Below, one piece after another: positions 1 through 8,838 of a stretch of 64,000 nt of DNA. The DNA lies in assembly GCA_038078615.1 (NCBI GenBank), contig JBBTWT010000003.1, forward strand, positions 2,563 to 66,562, given 5' to 3'. Position 1 is the first letter of the stretch, and each line of letters begins with the position of its first letter. The notes beneath the pieces were generated by a model. The model did not search any database and was not told the origin of the DNA. It worked only from the letters and a program-made list of their open reading frames with translations. Both the position numbers and the translations under genes were made by a program. The stretch comes from Patescibacteria group bacterium (lineage in GTDB: Bacteria; Patescibacteriota; Minisyncoccia; Moranbacterales; UBA1568).

Positions 1-141
1 AAAGTTGATGCCGATACGGCCGAGGCCGCGCGCTTTTCCATCAGCGGCACGCCGGGGACGTTCGTGAACGGGACATTCCTGCCGGGCGCCGTCGGATTCG
101 ACGCCCTGAAGCAGGCGATCGATACGGAACTTGCGAAGTAA
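1..141 (+). CDS. DsbA-like thioredoxin-fold oxidoreductase, C-terminal fragment (start is upstream of the window)
   Basis: Frame 1 reads ...RFSISGTPGTFVNGTFLPGAVGFDALKQAIDTELAK, then TAA at 139-141. The GTP-x-x-FVNG segment is typical of DsbA-family C-termini. Confidence 0.5.
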   Translation, partial: KVDADTAEAARFSISGTPGTFVNGTFLPGAVGFDALKQAIDTELAK

Positions 142-193
142 AGAAAAAGCCCCCTTTGTTTTATACTCGCCGGGGCTTGGAGCGAGGTACGGA

Positions 194-1267
194 TTACAGC
201 ATCAACTGCTTTATTGCTTCCATAGCTTCTTTGACATTCGGATTGTCTTCCTTTACGCCGATCATAATGATGCAACCACCGTCAGGAGTGACCTGGGCGA
301 TGGTCGATGTCATATTGATGCCGCGGTTGCCGAATTCATGAAGAACCTTTTCCAGAAGGCCGATTTGATTCTGCTCTGCGGTAAAATGAAACGTTGCCAC
401 CGTTTGCCGCATATCCGCTTCCAAACGGGCCAGTTGCTTCGTGGAAGCATCCCAAGCTTCGAGATTTTGCGGGTCAATTGAGTTTCTCACCGTTTCCAGT
501 ATTGTTCCCAGCGAAGCTTCATTCTTCTCGGCAATCGCATCCTTAAGTTTTTTCAGAGACTCTTGGAAAAACGCGATCAGGTGAAGGGTAAGCGGGTGAT
601 TGAGCAAGATACCGTTTATAACCTTTCCTGAAGATGCTGTGCGGAGGATCGAACGGACCATAAGCCGACAAGGTGGTCCTCCGATATTGATTCCCTTCGT
701 CACGATTTGCGAAGGAAATTGTTGCCACGAAGTTCCGATCATAAACGCTACAACCATATGCATGAGTTGACTCACGGCAGTAATATGATCGTGTTCACCA
801 GGCTCAAGACGATGGAGAAGCGGCTGGAACGGAACAAGTTCATTTTCAAGCCAATTTCTCCAGACTCCTTGATCTCTTCCGGAAATGGAGACGGATACAT
901 TCTGTCCGAACAAAGTTCTCCTCAGCGGGATTTCCGGACGAAAGTGGAAATGACAATGGCAGACGGTTATGTCCTTTTCCACAGCATGGCTCGTGTTGAT
1001 ATCGTGCGGAAAGGCCGGATTCTCGATAGACGTTCCGTGAATAAGCAACGTGCCAGATCGCATAACATCTACCGCGCGTGAAAAAAGCGAAGCGACATTC
1101 TCAATAGGCAGGGTAACAATAAAAACAGCATCTGCGATACGAGCCGCCTTCTCTAAAGTAAGTTCCGTATTGCGATCTACGCACAGCACAGAATGACCCT
1201 GCGTAGTAAAGTGTTCCACAAGCGCGCTTCCTACCAGACCACCGGAACCGATAATGGCGATGTTCAT
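194..1267 (-). CDS. tyrA: prephenate dehydrogenase with C-terminal ACT-like domain
   Basis: ORF 194..1300. Preferred ATG at 1267 is preceded by GGAG (rc of 1274-1277). Has N-terminal Rossmann IIGSGGLVG, the PDH core GEHDHITAVSQLMH, and a C-terminal ACT-like segment (IGLLEKVLHEFGNRGINMTS). Confidence 0.8.
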   Translation of the reverse strand: MNIAIIGSGGLVGSALVEHFTTQGHSVLCVDRNTELTLEKAARIADAVFIVTLPIENVASLFSRAVDVMRSGTLLIHGTSIENPAFPHDINTSHAVEKDITVCHCHFHFRPEIPLRRTLFGQNVSVSISGRDQGVWRNWLENELVPFQPLLHRLEPGEHDHITAVSQLMHMVVAFMIGTSWQQFPSQIVTKGINIGGPPCRLMVRSILRTASSGKVINGILLNHPLTLHLIAFFQESLKKLKDAIAEKNEASLGTILETVRNSIDPQNLEAWDASTKQLARLEADMRQTVATFHFTAEQNQIGLLEKVLHEFGNRGINMTSTIAQVTPDGGCIIMIGVKEDNPNVKEAMEAIKQLML

Positions 1268-1310
1268 TTTATACTCCTCATTGTTAAAGTACGCTTTCAA
1301 TTGTATGGAT

Positions 1311-1341
1311 ATACAAAAGAACGAGCCTAAAGGCTCGCTCT
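1311..1341 (-). terminator. intrinsic terminator-like hairpin in the tyrA leader (candidate attenuator)
   Basis: Minus-strand RNA reads AGAGCGAGCC-UUUA-GGCUCGUUCU followed by UUUGUAU. The stem is 10 bp with one G-U pair. It lies 44 nt upstream of the tyrA ATG. Confidence 0.5.
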
Positions 1342-1366
1342 TACTTTCTAATCGTTTTCTCGAATA

Positions 1367-1444
1367 TTACAAAGTATCACCAGCCTTTAGGAATAAAAGC
1401 TGATAATAATAAGTGGCAGTGGTATTGTTCCAGATATTTTTCAT
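1367..1444 (-). CDS. candidate 25-codon leader peptide MKNIWNNTTATYYYQLLFLKAGDTL
   Basis: ATG at 1444, TAA at 1369-1367. Three consecutive TAT codons at 1411-1403. No Shine-Dalgarno sequence. The ATG sits about where the predicted promoter would start transcription, so the mRNA may be leaderless. Confidence 0.35.
   Translation of the reverse strand: MKNIWNNTTATYYYQLLFLKAGDTL
1382..1391 (-). promoter_or_regulatory. candidate antiterminator segment
   Basis: RNA CCUAAAGGCU (end of the leader ORF) is perfectly complementary to AGCCUUUAGG (rc of 1326-1335). That target spans the terminator left arm, loop and right arm. Confidence 0.4.
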
Positions 1445-1452
1445 ATACCGAA

Positions 1453-1481
1453 AATGTAGCAAAGATTTGTCGGCGTGTCAA
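1453..1481 (-). promoter_or_regulatory. sigma70-like promoter facing tyrA
   Basis: TTGACA (1481-1476), 17-nt spacer, TACATT (1458-1453). Confidence 0.35.
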
Positions 1482-1557
1482 GAAAATAGAATTGAGTGTC
1501 CGAATTGAGAAAAATAGCGTTTTTAGCGTTTTTTTATTTACTGTTGAGCCACCTTCC

Positions 1558-1583
1558 GGAATCCCCGCCGAAGGCGGGCAGGG
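1558..1583. repeat. GC-rich hairpin element GGAATCCCCGCC-GAA-GGCGGGCAGGG
   Basis: 6-bp GC stem (1564-1569 with 1573-1578). A second small hairpin TCCGCC-TTTG-GCGGA lies at 1609-1624. It resembles the hairpin embedded in the gltX insertion (14811-14840, opposite strand). Confidence 0.4.
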
Positions 1584-1644
1584 AACTGGAGACCTACGCG
1601 TGGAGTTTATCCGCCTTTGGCGGAAGTGCGTCATAATTATTCTG

Positions 1645-1717
1645 AGCCAAGACCGGGATTCGAACCCGGGACCTATGCGTTACGAATGCATTGCTCTACC
1701 AACTGAGCTATCTTGGC
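1645..1717 (-). tRNA. tRNA-Thr (anticodon CGU), CCA not encoded
   Basis: rc reads GCCAAGA TA GCTC AGTTGGTA GAGC A ATGCA TTCGTAA CGCAT AGGTC CCGGG TTCGAAT CCCGG TCTTGGC T. This gives a cloverleaf with the T-loop GGTTCGAATCC. Confidence 0.9.
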
Positions 1718-1827
1718 ATATACCAAAACGTTGTTCAGTCTATAACATATCCGAAAAAACATCAATACCGGTATCGGGGTCGGCACCGGGCTTCTGGGAA
1801 TGGCGGTATTATGATATACTGAAAACC

Positions 1828-2920
1828 ATGAATATGACACGGGAGAAAATAGCGGTTCTTCGACAAAAACTCCTGCAGTTGCAGGACTATCTTTGACTTC
1901 GCCCGAAAGGACATCCGCAGAGCGGAACTCCGCACACAGAGCGAACGGCCGGACTTCTGGAATGATCCGAAGGCCGCCGGACGCGCGATGCAGGAACTGG
2001 AGCTTCTCCAGAGCGAGAAGGATGCCTTCGAACGACTGGAGGAGACCCTGACCGATCTCGAAAGCTTCGCGCTTCTCGAAGACCTGAAACCCGCAGATCT
2101 GAACGAGCTCGAGAGCGAATACGCGGCCGCCGAAACATCGATTAACGAATGGGAATTCAGGACGCTGCTCGGCGGGCAGTACGATGCCAAAGGCGCGCTC
2201 CTCACGGTGAGAAGCGGCGCAGGCGGCGTGGATGCCCAGGACTGGGCGGAAATGCTGCTGCGGATGTACCTGCGCTATGCCGAGAAGCAGGGATGGAAGA
2301 CGCGCCTGCTCGATGAATCGCGCGGCGGCGAAGCCGGCATCAAGAGCGCCACGATAGAGATATCCGGCGCCTACGCGTACGGCTATCTGCGCGGAGAGTC
2401 CGGCATCCATCGGTTGGTGCGCCTGTCGCCGTTCAATGCGAACAGCCTGCGGCAGACATCGTTCGCATCGGTGGAAGCGATGCCGGTCGTCGATGATACG
2501 GAAGCGGAGGCCATCCGGCCGGATGAACTGCGAATCGATACGTATCGCTCGTCGGGCGCCGGCGGCCAGAGCGTCAATACCACGGACAGCGCCGTACGCA
2601 TCACGCATATCCCGACCGGCATCGTCGCGACCTGCCAGAACGAACGTTCGCAGTTCCAGAACAAGGAAGAAGCGATGCGGATACTCCGTTCCAAGCTCAT
2701 ACAGAAACGCATCGAGGAACAGGAAGCGGAGAAACAGCAGCTGCGCGGAAAGCGGAAGAGCGCCGAGTGGGGCAATCAGATCCGTTCCTATGTCCTCCAT
2801 CCCTATACGCTGGTCAAAGATCATCGTACCGGAACCGAAACGAGCGATACGGAAAAAGTCCTGGACGGCGATCTGCAAATGTTCATCGAAAGTGAGCTTC
2901 GCTATCTACAATCGCATTAA
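1828..2920 (+). CDS. prfB: peptide chain release factor 2, programmed +1 frameshift
   Basis: Frame 0 MNMTREKIAVLRQKLLQLQDYL ends at CTT TGA C (1891-1897). The +1 frame continues DFARKDIRRAELRTQSERPDFWNDPKAAGRAMQELE... SPF (RLSPFNA) and GGQ (SGAGGQSVN) motifs are present. Confidence 0.95.
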
Positions 2921-2997
2921 TATTTACCACATCGCTTGTCATTGTCGTTCGAGAACGACGTGATGAACGAGCAACTGTGGCAAAATAAAATAAACAT

Positions 2998-3699
2998 ATG
3001 CCAGACATTCAGCCCATCATCCGTTTCGAAAACGTCACGAAGACTTTTCCGCCCGATCACGCGGTGCTCGAGCATGTCAATCTGTCCATCCAGCCGGGAG
3101 AGTTCCTCTCCATCGTCGGATCGAGCGGCGCCGGCAAATCGACCCTGCTCAAGCTGATCTATGCCGAAGAGCCGCCGACGGAGGGGGAGATCTATTTCAA
3201 CGAACGTCCCCTGGGGCAAATCAGCCGCAAGCACCTGCCTTTTTTCCGCCGCAATATCGGGACGGTATTCCAGGATTTCAAGCTGCTGCCACAGCGGACC
3301 GCCTTCGAGAACGTCGCCTATGCGCTCGAAGTCGATGGCAAAAGTACCGCTGAAATCAATGAGGAAGTGCCGGAAATTCTCGAGATCGTAGGCCTGGGCG
3401 ACAAGATGCACAAGTTCCCCAAGCAGCTCTCGGGAGGGGAACAGCAGCGCGTATCGCTCGCCCGCGCGCTCATCCATCGTCCCAAAGTGATCATCGCCGA
3501 CGAGCCGACCGGCAATCTCGACCCTGTTTCGGCCAATGAGATTATCCAGCTCCTGCTCGAGATCAATTCGTTCGGCACGACCATCCTGCTCGCGACGCAC
3601 AACAAGGGCATCGTCGACAAGCTCGGCAAACGCGTCATCCTTATCAATGGTGGCCAGATCATCCACGATCAGAGTAAGGGAAAATATATGTTACAATGA
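2998..3699 (+). CDS. ftsE: cell division ATP-binding protein FtsE
   Basis: Walker [10 protein letters not shown], signature LSGGEQQR, Walker B VIIADEP. Followed directly by ftsX. Confidence 0.9.
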   Translation: MPDIQPIIRFENVTKTFPPDHAVLEHVNLSIQPGEFLSIVGSSGAGKSTLLKLIYAEEPPTEGEIYFNERPLGQISRKHLPFFRRNIGTVFQDFKLLPQRTAFENVAYALEVDGKSTAEINEEVPEILEIVGLGDKMHKFPKQLSGGEQQRVSLARALIHRPKVIIADEPTGNLDPVSANEIIQLLLEINSFGTTILLATHNKGIVDKLGKRVILINGGQIIHDQSKGKYMLQ

Positions 3700-3706
3700 T
3701 GGGTAT

Positions 3707-4621
3707 ATGAAAACACTCAAGCTCTGGCGCACGTTCAAGGAAGGGAAGGAGAACTTCATCCGCAACGGCTGGCTGACGTTCGCCACCGTCAGCATCCTGA
3801 CGCTGTCGCTGTTCATCGTGAGCCTCTCGTTTCTGCTCGGTATGACGACGCGGCTGATACTGGAGAATCTGCGCGACAAGGTGAGCGTGAGCGTGTCGTT
3901 CAATCCGGACGTGACGGAGTCGCGGATACTCGAGATCAGAGACGAACTGTCCAAATACAAGAAAGAGATTGTCTCTGTGGAGTATGTCTCGCGCGATAAT
4001 GCCCTGAAGCAGTTTCTTGCCGACAGCGGCAACGATCCGGTCATCGCCCAAGCCATCGAGGAAATAGGGGAGAATCCTCTTTTGGCATCGCTCGTTATCA
4101 AAGCGGTAACACCGGAAAATTATCCGCTCATCGTGGAGCAGATCCAGAAGTCGACATTTCAGAATGATATCAGCCGCATCAACTACGCCAAGAACAAGAA
4201 GATCTTCGAACGCCTCGACCGTATCAACAAGACGACAGCGAAAACCGGATTGACGCTCGGCGCCATATTCATCTTCGTCGCTATCCTCATCACGTTCAAT
4301 ACCATCCGCATCACGATTTATTCCCACCGCCAGGAATTCGAGATTATGCGTCTGGTGGGCGCTTCGAACATCTACGTACGTATGCCGTTCGTCTTCGAAG
4401 GAGCGCTCTACGGATTGGTGGCGGCGATCATCGCCACAGGATTTCTCTTCGGCATGGCATACTATATCGCTCCGCTCACAGAGGGAGCTATCCCACAAGG
4501 CAACTTCATGGATCTCTATCTCGGTTATTTCTGGGCTATCTTCGGCGGGCTGATACTGCTCGGCATCACACTCGGCGTCGTATCGAGCGCCATCGCCATC
4601 CGCCGCTATCTGAAGGTCTGA
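3707..4621 (+). CDS. ftsX: cell division permease-like protein FtsX
   Basis: In-frame ATG at 3707 (MKTLKLWRTFKEG...). Has an N-terminal TM, a periplasmic domain and three C-terminal TMs. Adjacent to ftsE. Confidence 0.85.
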   Translation: MKTLKLWRTFKEGKENFIRNGWLTFATVSILTLSLFIVSLSFLLGMTTRLILENLRDKVSVSVSFNPDVTESRILEIRDELSKYKKEIVSVEYVSRDNALKQFLADSGNDPVIAQAIEEIGENPLLASLVIKAVTPENYPLIVEQIQKSTFQNDISRINYAKNKKIFERLDRINKTTAKTGLTLGAIFIFVAILITFNTIRITIYSHRQEFEIMRLVGASNIYVRMPFVFEGALYGLVAAIIATGFLFGMAYYIAPLTEGAIPQGNFMDLYLGYFWAIFGGLILLGITLGVVSSAIAIRRYLKV

Positions 4622-4640
4622 TATTTCGTATGTGTTCTGA

Positions 4641-4668
4641 AGCCGCCTTGACAGAGGCGGCTTTTTGC
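4641..4668 (+). terminator. rho-independent terminator after ftsX
   Basis: AGCCGCC-TTGACAGA-GGCGGCT followed by TTTTT. Confidence 0.7.
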
Positions 4669-4730
4669 CTTACTTTCAAGTATCCGGTTATTTAACAATC
4701 CTATCAATTTTTTCAACGGAGGTGCGTGTT

Positions 4731-5390
4731 ATGCAACGTCTCATCAAGCTTCTTCAGTCAGGAAGCGAGAACCGAGAAAGTTTTTTCGGGCGTGTCGAGG
4801 AGATCTTTCCGACGCTTGACCCGCGCTACAAGGCCATTGAAAAGGCCTATAACGATGCCAAGGACGCATTTCGTGAGAAATGGCGGGAAGACGGTCGGCG
4901 CTACTTCGAGCACTTGCGTGCGGTGGCCTTGATTCTCATGGTGCACCTGCGCGTGAAGAATCACCATCTCATCATCGCGGCGCTCCTTCACGACATCGTG
5001 GAAGACTGCCCGGAGTGGACAGTGCAGCGCGTACAGGCCGAGTATGGAGATGGGGTAGCACTCCTCGTGGAGTGGCTTACCAAACCGACACAGGAGAAAA
5101 ACGGGCTCTCGAAAGAAGAGCGCGCATGCAGGTATCACGAGCGCTTTCGGTTCGCTCCGCGCGAGTTTTTCCTGATCAAGCTCGCGGATCGCCTCCACAA
5201 CCTCATCACATTGTGGGCGTGTGATGATGCGAAAAAAAGGCGAAAGATCCGTGAAACCCGCGATCACTATCTCCTCTGGGCCGAGGAGCACTGCATCCTC
5301 ATTCACGAGCTCGAGGAAGCGATCGAGCGGCTCGAAACGAAACAAAAGTCGGCAGACAAGATTGAAGCCGGCTCCGAAGAGCATTTTTGA
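4731..5390 (+). CDS. HD-domain protein, RelA/SpoT-type (p)ppGpp hydrolase-like (small alarmone hydrolase)
   Basis: ATG at 4731 after GGAGGTG. Motifs HLRAVALIL ... LLHDIVEDCPEW ... IKLADRLHNL match the SpoT/Mesh1 HD hydrolase domain. No synthetase domain is present. Confidence 0.7.
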   Translation: MQRLIKLLQSGSENRESFFGRVEEIFPTLDPRYKAIEKAYNDAKDAFREKWREDGRRYFEHLRAVALILMVHLRVKNHHLIIAALLHDIVEDCPEWTVQRVQAEYGDGVALLVEWLTKPTQEKNGLSKEERACRYHERFRFAPREFFLIKLADRLHNLITLWACDDAKKRRKIRETRDHYLLWAEEHCILIHELEEAIERLETKQKSADKIEAGSEEHF

Positions 5391-5399
5391 TCAACACCA

Positions 5400-5438
5400 G
5401 CGCCAACCCCGATTCTTGGGGTTGGCGCACTTTTTTTC
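5400..5438 (+). terminator. rho-independent terminator
   Basis: GCGCCAACCCC-GATTCTT-GGGGTTGGCGC (11-bp stem), then ACTTTTTTTC. Confidence 0.85.
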
Positions 5439-5466
5439 TTGAAAAAAACCTGGATTCATGTAGAAT
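5439..5466 (+). promoter_or_regulatory. sigma70-like promoter for tRNA-Gln
   Basis: TTGAAA (5439-5444), 16-nt spacer, TAGAAT (5461-5466), about 20 nt before the tRNA 5' end. Confidence 0.5.
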
Positions 5467-5485
5467 GGGGGAGTATTCAAAAAAT

Positions 5486-5559
5486 TGGGGTGTGGCCAAG
5501 CGGTAAGGCAATGGGTTCTGGTCCCATGATCCTAGGTTCGAATCCTAGCACCCCAGCCA
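5486..5559 (+). tRNA. tRNA-Gln (anticodon CUG), CCA encoded
   Basis: TGGGGTG TG GCC AAGCGGTAA GGC A ATGGG TTCTGGT CCCAT GATC CTAGG TTCGAAT CCTAG CACCCCA G CCA. Confidence 0.9.
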
Positions 5560-5778
5560 ATTAGTTAGTAACAAACATCAGAAGTTGCCTCATGGTCGCC
5601 CCTCGGCGCGGATTTTTTATTTCCACTTGAAATTGTAAACAAACAAAACACTTTATTTCGCCTAGAAATCGAATTGTTGATTTTCCGGCATTTTTCGGGC
5701 CTCCCGCCCTCCTTGTGAACTGGGGGTTTTTCTTTTATAGTGGGGGAGTAGGGAGGTTTAGCCTGTGATGAGCAACAT

Positions 5779-6993
5779 ATGGAAATCTCGCTTTTCTTTC
5801 GGCACAGATGGGTACGGGTCGTGCTCGTCATTTTTTTCTTGGGTGCCACGGGCTTTGTGATGCTGTTGTGGTGGATGTTTCTCGCAAGCCGTACGCAGCC
5901 GCCGTTACTTGCGCCGACCGATGAGGTACAAGAGGAGGGTAAAGAGGGGAGGGCGGGTAGTGTAGACAGTGCAGACAGCGTGGATTTAGAGCGCCCAGCA
6001 ATCTCGGCGATAGCGCAGGGACTCCGCATCCCCTGGGCGCTTGATTTTCTGCCGGACAAGCGGATACTCTTTACGGAGCGGCCGGGCAGCGTGCGGCTGA
6101 TCGATGTGCGAGGCAAACTTGTCGCAGAGCCGGCACTGACCCTCGGTGACGTGGCGGCAGTAGGCGAAGGGGGATTGCTTGGTATCGCTTTACACCCGCG
6201 ATTTTCTGAAAACAATTTTGTCTATCTGTATTATACGGCGCGGCGCGGAGGCGCAGAGATCGCGAACCGGGTCGTGCGCTACCGTCTGGAAAACAGCCGG
6301 CTCGTAGCGCCCTCGGTCATCCTCGATGATATTCCGGCGGCCGCCAATCATGACGGCGGCAGGATCGCGTTTGGTCCGGACGGGATGCTCTATATCACGA
6401 CCGGCGATGCCGGCGTACAGGCGAATGCGCAAAATACCGGTTCTCTCGCCGGAAAAATCTTGCGGTTGCGAGACGACGGGACCGTGCCAGATGACAATCC
6501 CTTTGCGGGATCGCCCGTCTGGTCCTACGGCCATCGCAATCCGCAGGGGCTGGCGTGGGATGGCTCGGGCCGCCTGTGGGCCACCGAGCACGGCCCTTCT
6601 GCCAAAGACGAAATCAACCTCATAGAGCGGGGGAATAATTACGGCTGGCCGCTCGGGAGCGGCGAGAATGTGCCCGCTGGTACCGTCGCCCCCATCCGAC
6701 AGAGCGGATCTGCGACGTGGGCGCCCTCCGGTGCGGCGATCGCAGGCGATACGCTTTACTTCGTGGGGCTGCGTGGTCAAGAGCTCTATGCCCTCCCGCT
6801 CGCCGAAAAAGACAGAGGAGGGGAGCTACGCTCGTATTTCGGAAAGCAGTTCGGCAGGATCCGTTCGGTCACCGTTGGACCAGACGGTTATTTCTATCTC
6901 CTCACGAACAACCGTGACGGCCGCGGCATTCCGCAGTCGGAGGACGACCAGATCATCCGTGTCCACCCGCGGGCATTGGAAGCCACGCAATGA
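5779..6993 (+). CDS. PQQ-dependent sugar dehydrogenase (soluble glucose/sorbosone dehydrogenase family), membrane-anchored
   Basis: N-terminal TM. Motifs IPWALDFLPD, HDGGRIAFGPDGMLYITTGD, YGHRNPQGLAWD and EHGPSAKDEINLIERGNNYGWP are typical of the GSDH beta-propeller family. Confidence 0.8.
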   Translation: MEISLFFRHRWVRVVLVIFFLGATGFVMLLWWMFLASRTQPPLLAPTDEVQEEGKEGRAGSVDSADSVDLERPAISAIAQGLRIPWALDFLPDKRILFTERPGSVRLIDVRGKLVAEPALTLGDVAAVGEGGLLGIALHPRFSENNFVYLYYTARRGGAEIANRVVRYRLENSRLVAPSVILDDIPAAANHDGGRIAFGPDGMLYITTGDAGVQANAQNTGSLAGKILRLRDDGTVPDDNPFAGSPVWSYGHRNPQGLAWDGSGRLWATEHGPSAKDEINLIERGNNYGWPLGSGENVPAGTVAPIRQSGSATWAPSGAAIAGDTLYFVGLRGQELYALPLAEKDRGGELRSYFGKQFGRIRSVTVGPDGYFYLLTNNRDGRGIPQSEDDQIIRVHPRALEATQ

Positions 6994-7059
6994 TATGACT
7001 GCTTTTTTCAAGGCCAAATCCCAGAAAATACTCGGGCGAGCCGATAAATAAACAAAGGT

Positions 7060-8838
7060 ATGGATAACCCGATTTTTTTTCTGATGCGGAAAATGTGGAA
7101 GTTCTCCGAAGGCAACCGCCCTCGGGTCGTTTTATTTGTTTTCATGCTCATCATAGCCAACGCCATCAGCCTGCTCGAACCGCTCATCGTGGCGAAAATC
7201 CTCAACACCGTCCAGGAAGAGGGGGTCACGCTTGCCAATCTGCACGTCTTTTTCATTCTTTTGGGGTTGTTCATCCTTCAGACGGTGGCTTTTTGGATAT
7301 TTCACGGTCCTGCCCGCGTGCTCGAAACATGCAATAGTTTTCTCGTTCGTGCCAATTACAAAAAATACCTGCTCGACGGCACTATCGGGCTTCCGCTCGA
7401 ATGGCACACGGAACATCACTCGGGGGATACTATCGACAAGATCGAAAAAGGAAGCAAGGCTCTGTACAATTTTTCCGAGAACGGTTTCCAATTTATCCAA
7501 GCGGGGGTGCGGTTTGTCGGTTCCATCATCGCCCTGGCACTTTTCAATCTCGATACTATTTTTATCGCACTGCTCATAACCCTCATCGCCATCCGCATCA
7601 TCATCGAATTCGATAAGACGCTCGTGAAACAGTATCGGGAACTCAACGCGGCAGAGAATAAAGTCTCGGCCAAGGTGTATGATGTCATCAGCAATATCTC
7701 GACGGTTGTCATTTTGCGCGTGGAGCAGCTGCTCTCCAATGATCTGTGGAAAAACATCATGAAGCCGTTTGCGCTGTATGTCCGCAATAGCAAGTTGAAT
7801 GAGTGGAAATGGTTTACCGCCAGCCTGGTGAGCGGCACGATGATATCTCTCGTGCTCGGATTCTACGGGTATACGGCGCTTCTGCATGGAGAGACGATCC
7901 TGGTCGGTACCCTGTTCGCACTGTACAGCTATACCGGGCGCATCAATGACATATTCTACAGTTTTGCCTATCTGTACAGCGACACGGTGCGCTGGCGCAC
8001 ATCCATCCAGAACGCCGAAGAATTGTCCGATAATTTTCGTGACGATACGCCCGAGGGGGGTGTCGTACATGCGTGGGACGTCTGCGATATACGCTCTCTC
8101 ACATTCTCATACCACAGCATAGATGATGCCGATCTGCATCTCGATGATATCTCCTTGTCTATCCGTCGCGGAGAGAAAATCGCTGTTATCGGAGAGAGCG
8201 GCAGCGGCAAGACCACATTTCTCAAGATTATCCGCGGGCTCTATATACCGGCGAAGGTATCGGTGAGCCTGGATGCCCGGGAACTTCCGGATGGGTTCAT
8301 TTCGATGAAAAACGACATCGCGCTTATTCCGCAGGAGCCGGAGATATTCGCGACTACTATCCGGGAAAATATCACGATGGGCATAGACCGCACGGAAGAT
8401 GAGATCCGGAAATATATGGATATCGCTCGTTTCAGTGCCGTGGTAGAGCGTCTGCCGCACGGGCTCGATTCTTCCGTCGTGGAACGGGGAGTGAACTTGA
8501 GCGGCGGAGAGAAACAGCGGCTGGCCTTGGTGCGCGGACTGATGGCATCGGAAGAGAAATCCGTGATCCTCCTCGATGAATCGACGAGCAGCGTCGACGC
8601 GCAGAATGAGATCGCCATCTACGAAAACATTTTTTCCACCTATCAGGACAAGACTATCATCGCATCCATCCACAAGCTCCATCTCCTGCGGATGTTCGAT
8701 ACGATCTATATCTTCGACAGAGGCGTCATCAGCGCTTTCGGGAATTTCAACCATCTGTTGCAATCATCGCCGCTCTTCGCCGAGATGTGGCGCAGGTATA
8801 CGGAAACGCACAAAGAATGGGAGGCGCTAGAGGCTTAG
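7060..8838 (+). CDS. ABC exporter, fused permease/ATPase (MsbA-like type)
   Basis: Six-TM N-terminal half. Walker A GESGSGKTT, signature LSGGEKQR, Walker B ILLDEST. Confidence 0.85.
   Translation: MDNPIFFLMRKMWKFSEGNRPRVVLFVFMLIIANAISLLEPLIVAKILNTVQEEGVTLANLHVFFILLGLFILQTVAFWIFHGPARVLETCNSFLVRANYKKYLLDGTIGLPLEWHTEHHSGDTIDKIEKGSKALYNFSENGFQFIQAGVRFVGSIIALALFNLDTIFIALLITLIAIRIIIEFDKTLVKQYRELNAAENKVSAKVYDVISNISTVVILRVEQLLSNDLWKNIMKPFALYVRNSKLNEWKWFTASLVSGTMISLVLGFYGYTALLHGETILVGTLFALYSYTGRINDIFYSFAYLYSDTVRWRTSIQNAEELSDNFRDDTPEGGVVHAWDVCDIRSLTFSYHSIDDADLHLDDISLSIRRGEKIAVIGESGSGKTTFLKIIRGLYIPAKVSVSLDARELPDGFISMKNDIALIPQEPEIFATTIRENITMGIDRTEDEIRKYMDIARFSAVVERLPHGLDSSVVERGVNLSGGEKQRLALVRGLMASEEKSVILLDESTSSVDAQNEIAIYENIFSTYQDKTIIASIHKLHLLRMFDTIYIFDRGVISAFGNFNHLLQSSPLFAEMWRRYTETHKEWEALEA

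Noticed and set aside
142-193. Terminator between the dsbA-like fragment and tyrA (AAGCCCC ... GGGGCTT).
   Set aside because: The stem is only 7 bp with a 17-nt loop and no clear U-tract, which is too weak to call.
1490-1644. Possible named ncRNA (SRP RNA, 6S, tmRNA, RNase P) in the hairpin-rich stretch beside tRNA-Thr.
   Set aside because: I could not match any conserved core of these families (no SRP domain IV motif, no tRNA-like tmRNA end, no RNase P GAGGAAAGUCC). It is kept only as a GC-hairpin repeat.
1492-1827. Upstream 112 codons of ORF 1492-1896.
   Set aside because: Only the last 22 codons (from the ATG at 1828) belong to prfB. The upstream part runs across the tRNA-Thr gene on the opposite strand and through hairpin-rich spacer.
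1894-1896. UGA recoding (alternative genetic code).
   Set aside because: The in-frame TGA in prfB is the canonical frameshift site. RF2 is intact and TGA ends several well-supported genes.
1673-2878. 401-aa ORF antisense to prfB. The same applies to 16984-18495 (antisense priA), 22351-23892, 32379-33935, 37754-39322 (antisense rtcB), 45756-47324 and 59787-60725.
   Set aside because: Each lies exactly opposite a gene with strong family motifs. Their translations are Arg/Glu/His-rich low-complexity strings typical of shadow ORFs, and none shows a recognisable motif.
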